32,000 nt of DNA from Mycobacterium tuberculosis H37Rv (GTDB lineage Bacteria > Actinomycetota > Actinomycetes > Mycobacteriales > Mycobacteriaceae). A program made the position numbers and the translations under genes. The stretch covers positions 1,410,001-1,442,000 of the forward strand of contig NC_000962.3 in NCBI RefSeq assembly GCF_000195955.2, given 5' to 3'. Shown here piece by piece: positions 16,266-25,271 of the stretch (position 1 is the stretch's first letter; each line of letters opens with the position of its first letter). The notes under the pieces were generated by a model. It had not been told where the DNA came from and ran no database searches. It saw only the letters and a program-made list of their open reading frames with translations.

Positions 16266-17417
16266 ATGCGATTCCTGCACACTGCCGACTGGCAGCTCGG
16301 CATGACGCGTCACTTTCTCGCCGGTGACGCCCAGCCGCGATATTCTGCTGCCCGCCGTGACGCAGTCGCTGGACTAAAAGCGCTGGCCGCCGATGTGGGC
16401 GCCGAATTCGTCGTAGTCGCCGGTGACGTCTTCGAACACAATCAGCTCGCGCCACAGATAGTCGGTCAATCCTTGGAAGCCATGCGCGTGATCGGCCTTC
16501 CGGTCTATCTGCTGCCGGGTAACCATGACCCGCTGGACGCTTCGTCGGTGTACACCAGCACGCTGTTTCGAGCCGAACGGCCGGACAACGTTGTGGTGCT
16601 CGACCGAGCTGGCGTCCACGAGGTCCGGCCGGGAGTCCAGATCGTCGCGGCGCCGTGGCGGTCCAAGGCGCCCACCACCGACCCGGTTGCCGAGGTGCTG
16701 GCCGGCCTGCCCACAGACGCCGCTATTCGGCTGCTCGTCGCCCATGGGGGTGTCGACGCGCTGGACCCCGACCACGACAAACCGTCGCTGATCAGGCTCG
16801 CCGCACTCGACGACGCGCTGACTCGACAGGCGATTCATTATGTGGCCCTAGGTGACAAACATTCGCTTACCCAGGTCGGCAGCAGCGGGCGGGTCTGGTA
16901 CTCCGGTGCACCGGAAGTCACCAACTTCGACGACGTCGAACCGGACCCCGGTCACGTCCTAGTGGTCGACATCGACGAAAGCGACCCGCGACATCCCGTC
17001 ACCGTCGACGCCCGTCGCATCGGCCGCTGGCGGTTCGTTACGTTGCACCACCAGGTCGACACCAGCCGGGACATCGCCGACCTGGACCTGAACCTGGATC
17101 TGATGACGGACAAGGACCGCACCGTGGTGCGGCTGGCCCTGACCGGTTCGCTGACGGTCACTGACCGCGCCGCATTGGATACCTGTCTGGACAAGTACGC
17201 GCGGTTGTTCGCCTGGCTGGGTCTGTGGGAACGTCACACCGACCTAGCGGTGATACCCGTCGACGCCGAGTTCACCGACCTCGGCATCGGGGGGTTCGCC
17301 GCCGCGGCCGTCGACGAGCTAGTCGCGACCGCGCGCGGGGGTGACGACGAGTCCGCCGTCGATGCCCAGGCGGCGCTGGCACTGTTGCTGCGGCTCGCTG
17401 ACCGGGGAGCGGCGTGA
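16266..17417 (+). CDS. SbcD/Mre11-like calcineurin-fold metallophosphoesterase nuclease subunit (Rv1277)
   Basis: From the ATG at 16266 the protein starts MRFLHTADWQLG, compared with E. coli SbcD MRILHTSDWHLG. It also has GDVFE, GNHD, VAHGG and ALGDKH. There is a strong SD 5 nt upstream. The ORF-track and annotated GTG at 16164 (417 aa) lies upstream of the promoter motif. The stop overlaps the next start as GTGA. Confidence 0.85.
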   Translation: MRFLHTADWQLGMTRHFLAGDAQPRYSAARRDAVAGLKALAADVGAEFVVVAGDVFEHNQLAPQIVGQSLEAMRVIGLPVYLLPGNHDPLDASSVYTSTLFRAERPDNVVVLDRAGVHEVRPGVQIVAAPWRSKAPTTDPVAEVLAGLPTDAAIRLLVAHGGVDALDPDHDKPSLIRLAALDDALTRQAIHYVALGDKHSLTQVGSSGRVWYSGAPEVTNFDDVEPDPGHVLVVDIDESDPRHPVTVDARRIGRWRFVTLHHQVDTSRDIADLDLNLDLMTDKDRTVVRLALTGSLTVTDRAALDTCLDKYARLFAWLGLWERHTDLAVIPVDAEFTDLGIGGFAAAAVDELVATARGGDDESAVDAQAALALLLRLADRGAA

Positions 17418-20041
17418 AGCTGCACCGGCTGGCCCTGACCAATTACCGCGGCATCGCACACCGTGACGTCGAATTCCCCGATCATGGAGTGGTGGTGGTG
17501 TGCGGCGCCAACGAGATCGGCAAGTCCTCCATGGTCGAGGCGCTGGACCTGCTGCTCGAGTACAAGGACCGCTCGACGAAGAAGGAAGTCAAGCAGGTCA
17601 AGCCGACCAACGCTGATGTCGGCTCCGAGGTCATTGCCGAAATCAGCAGCGGCCCTTATCGTTTCGTCTACCGCAAGCGTTTCCACAAGCGGTGCGAGAC
17701 GGAGTTGACCGTGCTGGCACCGCGCCGCGAGCAGCTGACCGGCGACGAAGCGCACGAGCGGGTCCGGACGATGTTGGCCGAAACGGTCGACACCGAACTG
17801 TGGCATGCCCAGCGGGTGCTGCAGGCCGCCTCGACGGCCGCGGTGGATCTGTCTGGCTGCGACGCGCTCTCGCGTGCGCTCGATCTCGCCGCCGGTGATG
17901 ACGCCGCGCTGTCGGGCACCGAGTCGCTGCTCATCGAGCGGATCGAGGCCGAGTATGCGCGCTACTTCACCCCGACCGGGCGCCCCACCGGAGAATGGTC
18001 CGCGGCGGTCTCTAGGCTGGCGGCCGCCGAGGCCGCGGTGGCCGACTGCGCGGCGGCGGTAGCCGAGGTCGACGACGGGGTTCGTCGCCACACCGAGCTC
18101 ACCGAGCAGGTGGCTGAGCTGTCGCAGCAACTACTTGCTCACCAGCTGCGGCTCGAAGCTGCGCGAGTCGCCGCCGAGAAGATCGCCGCAATCACCGACG
18201 ACGCCCGCGAAGCCAAGCTGATCGCTACTGCCGCGGCCGCGACCAGCGGCGCTTCCACCGCCGCACACGCCGGACGGCTGGGCCTGCTCACCGAAATCGA
18301 CACGCGCACTGCGGCCGTCGTTGCTGCGGAGGCAAAAGCGCGGCAGGCCGCAGACGAGCAGGCGACGGCGCGCGCGGAGGCCGAGGCCTGCGATGCCGCG
18401 CTCACGGAGGCAACCCAGGTATTGACGGCCGTCCGCCTTCGCGCCGAGTCGGCCCGGCGCACCCTCGACCAGCTCGCCGACTGCGAGGAGGCCGACCGGT
18501 TGGCCGCCCGGCTGGCCAGGATCGACGACATCGAGGGTGATCGCGACCGGGTCTGCGCGGAGCTGTCCGCGGTCACGCTGACCGAGGAGCTACTGAGTCG
18601 GATCGAACGTGCTGCGGCAGCCGTCGATCGCGGCGGTGCACAGCTGGCGTCGATCTCCGCGGCGGTGGAGTTCACCGCCGCCGTCGACATCGAGCTCGGC
18701 GTCGGCGATCAACGGGTGTCGCTGTCCGCGGGCCAAAGCTGGTCGGTCACTGCCACCGGCCCCACCGAGGTCAAGGTTCCCGGCGTCCTGACCGCACGGA
18801 TCGTCCCGGGCGCGACCGCACTCGACTTTCAAGCCAAATATGCTGCAGCACAACAGGAATTGGCTGATGCGCTGGCGGCTGGAGAGGTCGCTGACCTAGC
18901 CGCCGCACGCTCCGCCGATCTGTGCCGACGCGAACTGCTGAGCCGCCGCGATCAGCTGACCGCCACTCTGGCCGGCCTGTGTGGCGATGAACAGGTCGAC
19001 CAACTGCGTTCCCGCCTGGAACAGTTGTGTGCCGGTCAACCGGCCGAGCTCGATCTGGTTTCGACGGATACCGCTACGGCCCGCGCTGAATTGGATGCGG
19101 TCGAGGCGGCTCGAATCGCCGCGGAGAAGGACTGCGAGACCCGCCGTCAGATCGCTGCTGGCGCCGCTCGCCGGCTCGCGGAGACATCCACGCGGGCAAC
19201 GGTTCTACAGAACGCAGCGGCCGCCGAAAGCGCCGAGCTCGGTGCGGCCATGACTCGGTTGGCCTGTGAGCGGGCGTCCGTGGGCGACGATGAGCTCGCC
19301 GCCAAGGCCGAGGCCGACCTGCGGGTACTGCAGACGGCCGAGCAGCGAGTGATCGACCTGGCCGACGAGCTCGCAGCTACGGCGCCGGACGCGGTAGCCG
19401 CCGAGCTGGCCGAGGCCGCCGACGCCGTCGAGTTGCTGCGCGAACGTCACGACGAGGCCATTCGCGCGTTGCACGAGGTCGGCGTCGAACTCTCGGTGTT
19501 CGGCACCCAGGGCCGCAAGGGCAAGCTTGATGCCGCCGAAACCGAGCGTGAGCACGCCGCCAGCCACCACGCGCGGGTCGGGCGCCGGGCCCGGGCCGCC
19601 AGGCTGCTCCGCTCGGTGATGGCACGCCACCGCGACACCACCCGGCTGCGCTACGTCGAGCCATACCGGGCGGAGCTACATCGGCTCGGCCGCCCAGTGT
19701 TCGGGCCCTCTTTCGAGGTCGAGGTCGATACCGATTTGCGCATCCGCAGCCGCACCCTGGACGACAGAACCGTGCCCTACGAGTGCTTGTCGGGCGGGGC
19801 CAAAGAACAGCTTGGCATCCTGGCGCGATTGGCCGGCGCGGCGCTGGTCGCCAAGGAGGACGCCGTTCCGGTGCTGATCGACGACGCGCTGGGGTTCACC
19901 GATCCGGAGCGACTAGCCAAGATGGGGGAGGTCTTTGACACCATCGGCGCCGACGGACAGGTGATCGTGCTGACGTGCAGTCCCACCCGATACGGCGGTG
20001 TCAAAGGAGCGCACCGCATCGATCTGGACGCCATACAGTGA
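17414..20041 (+). CDS. SbcC/Rad50-like (Bacillus YhaN/SbcE-like) coiled-coil ABC-type ATPase (Rv1278)
   Basis: 875 aa. N-terminal Walker A is GANEIGKSS. A long Ala/Glu/Arg-rich coiled coil follows. The C-terminus has the signature LSGGAKEQ, Walker B VLIDDALGFTD and then VIVLTCSP. Confidence 0.88.
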   Translation: MKLHRLALTNYRGIAHRDVEFPDHGVVVVCGANEIGKSSMVEALDLLLEYKDRSTKKEVKQVKPTNADVGSEVIAEISSGPYRFVYRKRFHKRCETELTVLAPRREQLTGDEAHERVRTMLAETVDTELWHAQRVLQAASTAAVDLSGCDALSRALDLAAGDDAALSGTESLLIERIEAEYARYFTPTGRPTGEWSAAVSRLAAAEAAVADCAAAVAEVDDGVRRHTELTEQVAELSQQLLAHQLRLEAARVAAEKIAAITDDAREAKLIATAAAATSGASTAAHAGRLGLLTEIDTRTAAVVAAEAKARQAADEQATARAEAEACDAALTEATQVLTAVRLRAESARRTLDQLADCEEADRLAARLARIDDIEGDRDRVCAELSAVTLTEELLSRIERAAAAVDRGGAQLASISAAVEFTAAVDIELGVGDQRVSLSAGQSWSVTATGPTEVKVPGVLTARIVPGATALDFQAKYAAAQQELADALAAGEVADLAAARSADLCRRELLSRRDQLTATLAGLCGDEQVDQLRSRLEQLCAGQPAELDLVSTDTATARAELDAVEAARIAAEKDCETRRQIAAGAARRLAETSTRATVLQNAAAAESAELGAAMTRLACERASVGDDELAAKAEADLRVLQTAEQRVIDLADELAATAPDAVAAELAEAADAVELLRERHDEAIRALHEVGVELSVFGTQGRKGKLDAAETEREHAASHHARVGRRARAARLLRSVMARHRDTTRLRYVEPYRAELHRLGRPVFGPSFEVEVDTDLRIRSRTLDDRTVPYECLSGGAKEQLGILARLAGAALVAKEDAVPVLIDDALGFTDPERLAKMGEVFDTIGADGQVIVLTCSPTRYGGVKGAHRIDLDAIQ

Positions 20042-20061
20042 GCCCGAAACGGGGACATGCG

Positions 20062-21648
20062 ATGGACACTCAGAGCGACTACGTCGTGGTCGGTACCGGC
20101 TCAGCCGGGGCGGTTGTGGCCAGCCGGCTTAGCACCGATCCGGCCACGACGGTGGTGGCCCTGGAGGCGGGGCCGCGTGACAAGAACAGATTCATCGGCG
20201 TCCCAGCGGCGTTTTCCAAGCTGTTCCGCAGCGAGATCGACTGGGATTACCTAACCGAACCGCAGCCGGAGCTCGACGGCCGCGAAATCTATTGGCCTCG
20301 TGGCAAGGTGCTCGGTGGCTCGTCGTCCATGAACGCAATGATGTGGGTGCGTGGATTCGCATCAGACTACGATGAGTGGGCCGCGCGAGCCGGTCCGCGG
20401 TGGTCGTACGCCGACGTGCTCGGCTACTTTCGCCGCATCGAGAACGTCACCGCTGCCTGGCACTTTGTCAGCGGTGACGACAGCGGAGTAACCGGTCCGT
20501 TGCATATTTCCCGGCAACGCAGCCCAAGATCGGTGACCGCAGCGTGGCTGGCAGCCGCACGTGAGTGCGGATTTGCCGCTGCGCGGCCGAATTCCCCTCG
20601 ACCGGAAGGCTTTTGCGAGACCGTCGTCACCCAGCGCCGCGGTGCTCGATTCAGTACTGCCGACGCCTATCTGAAGCCCGCGATGCGCCGTAAAAACCTC
20701 CGTGTGCTTACCGGCGCCACTGCTACCCGGGTGGTCATCGACGGCGACCGGGCCGTCGGCGTGGAATACCAAAGCGACGGTCAAACCCGCATCGTCTACG
20801 CCCGCCGCGAGGTGGTGCTCTGCGCTGGTGCCGTCAACAGCCCTCAGCTGCTGATGCTCTCCGGCATCGGCGACCGCGACCACCTCGCCGAACACGACAT
20901 CGACACCGTTTACCACGCGCCCGAGGTCGGGTGCAACCTGCTCGATCATCTCGTCACGGTGCTGGGTTTCGACGTCGAAAAGGACAGCTTGTTTGCCGCC
21001 GAGAAGCCCGGCCAGTTGATCAGCTACTTACTGCGACGCCGCGGCATGCTCACCTCCAACGTCGGCGAGGCGTACGGATTTGTCCGCAGCCGACCCGAAC
21101 TGAAGCTGCCCGATTTGGAGTTGATTTTTGCCCCGGCGCCGTTTTACGACGAAGCGCTGGTTCCACCGGCTGGTCACGGTGTGGTATTCGGCCCGATTCT
21201 GGTCGCGCCGCAAAGCCGTGGCCAGATCACGCTGCGGTCCGCCGATCCGCATGCCAAGCCTGTCATCGAACCGCGTTACCTGTCCGATCTCGGTGGCGTA
21301 GACCGGGCCGCCATGATGGCGGGCCTGCGGATATGCGCGCGGATCGCGCAGGCCCGCCCGCTCAGAGATCTCCTTGGGTCCATCGCGCGACCGCGCAACA
21401 GCACCGAGCTGGACGAGGCCACTCTCGAGTTGGCGCTGGCCACTTGTTCGCACACCCTGTACCACCCGATGGGCACCTGCCGCATGGGCAGCGACGAGGC
21501 CAGCGTGGTGGATCCGCAGCTGCGGGTCCGCGGTGTCGACGGACTCCGCGTCGCCGACGCGTCGGTGATGCCCAGCACGGTTCGTGGGCATACGCATGCG
21601 CCGTCGGTGCTGATCGGGGAGAAGGCCGCCGACTTAATCCGCAGCTGA
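20062..21648 (+). CDS. GMC-family FAD oxidoreductase (choline-dehydrogenase-like, Rv1279)
   Basis: 528 aa from the ATG at 20062. The Rossmann FAD motif is DYVVVGTGSAGAVVASRLS. GMC signature regions are present (GGSSSMNAMMW..., HPMGTCRMG). Confidence 0.9.
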   Translation: MDTQSDYVVVGTGSAGAVVASRLSTDPATTVVALEAGPRDKNRFIGVPAAFSKLFRSEIDWDYLTEPQPELDGREIYWPRGKVLGGSSSMNAMMWVRGFASDYDEWAARAGPRWSYADVLGYFRRIENVTAAWHFVSGDDSGVTGPLHISRQRSPRSVTAAWLAAARECGFAAARPNSPRPEGFCETVVTQRRGARFSTADAYLKPAMRRKNLRVLTGATATRVVIDGDRAVGVEYQSDGQTRIVYARREVVLCAGAVNSPQLLMLSGIGDRDHLAEHDIDTVYHAPEVGCNLLDHLVTVLGFDVEKDSLFAAEKPGQLISYLLRRRGMLTSNVGEAYGFVRSRPELKLPDLELIFAPAPFYDEALVPPAGHGVVFGPILVAPQSRGQITLRSADPHAKPVIEPRYLSDLGGVDRAAMMAGLRICARIAQARPLRDLLGSIARPRNSTELDEATLELALATCSHTLYHPMGTCRMGSDEASVVDPQLRVRGVDGLRVADASVMPSTVRGHTHAPSVLIGEKAADLIRS

Positions 21649-21664
21649 GCTGGTCGCCGCCGGC

Positions 21665-23440
21665 TCAGCGTCGCATGAACCCGATGGCGGTGTAGTCCAG
21701 GTCTGCCAGACCCGTCGCGCCGAAGTTGGCCAGCGTGCTGCGGACCGCAACGGTGCCGGGCGACTGGGTAAGCGGCAGGCTGAATCCTTCGGCCCAGATC
21801 AGCTCGTCGACCTGGTTGGCCAAGGCCCTCGCCTTGCCGGGATCGAGTTCTGCCAGCGTTCGCTCGATCGCGGCGTCGATTTGCGGGCTACCGATCTTGC
21901 CGAAGTTGCTTTCCCCGTCCGAAGCGTAGATCTGGGTGAGCGATGACAGCGGAAACGCGTCGCCCACCCAGCCGAACTGTGCGATGTCGAAAGCCCCCAC
22001 GTTGACGTAGTCGCTGAAGAAACCGCTGCCGGACTTGGCCTGAAGTTCGAGTTTGACGCCGATCTGCGCCAGGGTGTGTTGGGCGATCTGGGCGAACTGC
22101 CGGGTGCTTTGTGCGTCGTAGAACAGATCGCGGATGACGAGCTGGCGACCGTCCTTCTCCCGGAACGCGCCGCTTCGCCTCCAGCCCAGGGCGTCCAGCT
22201 CCCGTTTCGCTTGTTCCGGGTTGTAGGCGACAACGCCGCTGTTGTCCTGGTAGCCGTCTTGGCCGGCGACGAAGACGTGGTTGTTCAGTGGCACCGGGTC
22301 GCTGGTGAGGCCGTATTGGGCGACCCTGGCGATGGTGTATCGGTCGATGCCCTTGGCGATCGCCAGGCGCAGCGCCTTGTCGGCGAGGATCGACCCAGGC
22401 GCACCGTTGAGGGTGAAGTGATACCAGCTGGGCCCGGGGGCGCGCCGGATCGAGATGCCCTTGGTGCGCGCCGCGATGGTCAGCTGGTCCAGTGTGCCGA
22501 CGCCGGTGGCGTCGATTGTGTTGTTCTGCAGCGCCGGCAGCCGGGCGGCATCATCGAGCACCAGGTATGTGATGCTGTCCAGGCGTGGCCGTGCCCCCCA
22601 CCATCTCGGGTTACGGGTCAACACGATTCGCTGCGCGGTGCGGTCCAGGGCAGACACGACGAACGGACCCGCCGACGGACCGGGCCCATCGAGTTGACCC
22701 TTATTGAATGCCTCGGGTGTGGCGGTCATACTGGCCGGCAGCAGCATGCCGTTGCCCGCGAACATACCGCGCCACTCCGCGTACGGCTTGGCGAACGTCA
22801 CCACGGCCTGCCGGTCGTCGACCCCTCTGGTTACCGACGCCACACGCTCGGCGCCGCTGCTAGAAGCGATCTCGAATGCCTTGTCGGCGCCGCTGATCGC
22901 ATGAATCTGGCTGGCGATGTCCCGCCAGGTGATCGGGGTCCCGTCGGACCACACCGCCTCGGGATTGATGGTGTAGGTGACCACCTGCGGGGCGGTCCTG
23001 GTCAGCTCGATGCTGGTGAAGTAGTTGGTGTCGACCGTCGTCGAGCCGTCCGGTCCGATGATGAACGCGCGCGGCAAGGTGGCTTTCATCATCGCCGCGA
23101 CCTCGGCGTTGTTGCCGTCGATGTGCAAGATGTTGAAGTTGGGCGGAAAGTCGGTGAGCGACAGGCGAAGATTGCCGCCGTCTTGCAACGTGGCGGGATC
23201 CTGCTGATTGATGTCGCTGGTGGTGCCAACCGCGGCCCTGCGGTCCGCAGTGGGCGCGAGTTCGAGTTGGGTACCGGAGGCCGAGCATCCGGTGAGCACC
23301 ATAGCCACGACGAGCGGTGTTAATAACGCGAAAGCCCAATATCGAGTCTGCGTCCAGGGTCTGGATTTCCCCTGAAACGACGCCCTGAGCGCAGACGCGA
23401 TGCCCGGGGCGCAGCCTCGTCGCTGGCCACGGTCAGCCAC
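21665..23440 (-). CDS. oppA: Oligopeptide ABC transporter substrate-binding lipoprotein OppA (Rv1280c)
   Basis: 591 aa from the GTG at 23440, which overlaps the end of oppD by 8 nt. The lipobox is VLTGC. The body is a family-5 solute-binding protein. This GTG is the nearest upstream start codon to the signal peptide, and no SD is visible. Confidence 0.85.
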
Positions 23441-25271
23441 GACGGGCCGGATCCGGTTGCGGTACCGCGCCCAGCAGTCGCCTGGTGTACTCGTGTTTCG
23501 GATTGCCGAAGACCTCCTCACTGTCGCCCTGCTCAACAACGGTACCGGCAAGCATGACCGCCACCTGGTGGGCGAGGTGTTTGACCACCGAAAGATCGTG
23601 GGAAACAAATAAATATGACAACCCGAACTGCTCTTGGAGGTCGAGCAGCAGGTTGATGATCCCGGCCTGAATGGAGACATCGAGTGCCGACACCGGTTCG
23701 TCGAGTGCCAGGATCTTGGGTTGGAGCGCCAGTGCCCGCGCGATGCCGATGCGCTGCTTCTGACCGCCGGAGAACTCGGCGGGATAACGACTGGCGTCGC
23801 CGTGGCGCAGTCCGACGATATCGAGCAGCTCGGCGACCCGCGCGTGAGTCTCGTTCTTGCCGAACCCATTGGCCTGCAATGGTTCGGCAATCAGATCGAA
23901 GACCGGCAGCCGCGGGTCTAAGGACGCCACCGGGTCTTGGAAGACCACCTGGATGTCGCGGCGCAGCGATCGGCGTTCCGCTGTCCCCAGCGTGGCGACG
24001 TCAGTGCCGAGGACTTCGATCGATCCCGATTGCGGCGCAGCCAGCTCCAGGATCTCGTGCAGGGTGGTCGACTTGCCCGAACCGGATTCGCCGACGATAC
24101 CCAACGTGCGGCCCTGCCGGAGTTCGAGACTGATGCCGTCGACCGCGCGGACCTCGCCGATCGCCCGGCGCAGCACCACGCCCTTGGCCAGCCGGTAGGT
24201 TTTGACTAGATGACGTACCCGCACGACCACCGAGGCGTCGCCGAGTGCAGCCGGGCGGGCCTCGGTTTTGACCCGGTAGATGTCGGCGGCGCTGCGCCCG
24301 GTGACCAGCTCGGTGCGGATGCAGGCCGCCCGGTGATCGGTAGCGACGTCAAGCAATTCGGGTTCCGCGGTAAGGCATTCGTCGATGACTAGCGGGCAGC
24401 GCGGCGCGAACGGGCAACCCGGTGCCAAGCCCGCCAGCGACGGGGGCGCACCCGGTATCGGCACCAGCCGGGTGCCCTGCGCGGCATCCAGCCGGGGGAC
24501 CGAGCCTAAAAGCCCCACGGTGTAGGGCATCCGGCGATCGCGGTACAGATCATTCACCCCGGCCGACTCGACGACCCGTCCGGCGTACATCACCAGCGCC
24601 CGGTCGGCGAACTCGGCCACGACGCCGAGGTCGTGGGTGATGATCAGCACCCCGGCGCCGGTGACGTCGCGCGCCGCCTTGAGGACGTCGAGGATCTGCG
24701 CCTGCACCGTGACGTCGAGCGCCGTGGTCGGTTCGTCACAGATCAACAGGTCGGGATCGTTGGCGATCGCGATGGCGATCACCACGCGTTGGCGTTCGCC
24801 ACCTGAAAGCTCATGCGGAAACGCACGGGAACGCCGCTGCGGCTGCGAAATACCGACCAGGTCAAGCAGTTCCACCGCACGCCGACGAGCGGCCTTCTTG
24901 CCAACACGGGGCTGGTGCACCTCGATGGCCTCGGCGATTTGGTCGCCGACGGTGTAGACAGGGGTGAGCGCAGACATCGGATCCTGGAACACCGTGCCGA
25001 TCGCCTTGCCTCGAAACCGGGACATCGCGTTGTCGGCAAGCCCCAACAGTTCGGTACCCTGTAGCCGAACCGAACCACGCACCTGCGCGTACTCGGGCAG
25101 CAGGCCCACCACCGCCATCGCCGCTGCGGACTTACCTGAACCCGATTCGCCCACCATCGCGACCACCTCGCCGGGCTCGACGCGGTAGCTGATCCCGCGC
25201 ACCGCGGTCACCGGATCGCCATCGGTCCTGAAGGTGACGGCCAAATCGGTCACCTCGAGCAGGGGGCTCAT
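23433..25271 (-). CDS. oppD: Fused double-NBD ATPase OppD (OppD-OppF fusion, Rv1281c)
   Basis: 612 aa from the ATG at 25271 (ATGA overlap with the oppC stop). It has two complete NBDs: [11 protein letters not shown] / LSGGERQR / LLICDEPT and [11 protein letters not shown] / FSGGQKQR / ILALDEPV. A four-Cys segment between them reads [15 protein letters not shown]...AACIR. Confidence 0.92.

Noticed and set aside
15955-16303. 98-aa and 78-aa minus-strand ORFs in the Rv1276c/Rv1277 divergent region
   Set aside because: They have no SD and Arg/Pro/Ala-rich products. The region is better explained as promoter or operator DNA.
17234-18130. 298-aa minus-strand ORF antisense to the 5' part of Rv1278 (and the 18139-18690 ORF)
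   Set aside because: The Ala-rich coiled-coil coding sequence is GC-rich and repetitive, which keeps antisense frames open. There are no motifs or SD.
22076-23323. 415-aa plus-strand ORF antisense to oppA
   Set aside because: The product is Arg/Gly/Asp/Val-rich with no motifs. The opposite strand encodes a convincing solute-binding lipoprotein.
23441-23890. 150-codon N-terminal extension of the oppA ORF (741 aa in the ORF track)
   Set aside because: The extension overlaps the 3' end of oppD in another frame and encodes no signal-peptide-compatible sequence. The lipobox sits about 50 aa after the GTG at 23440.
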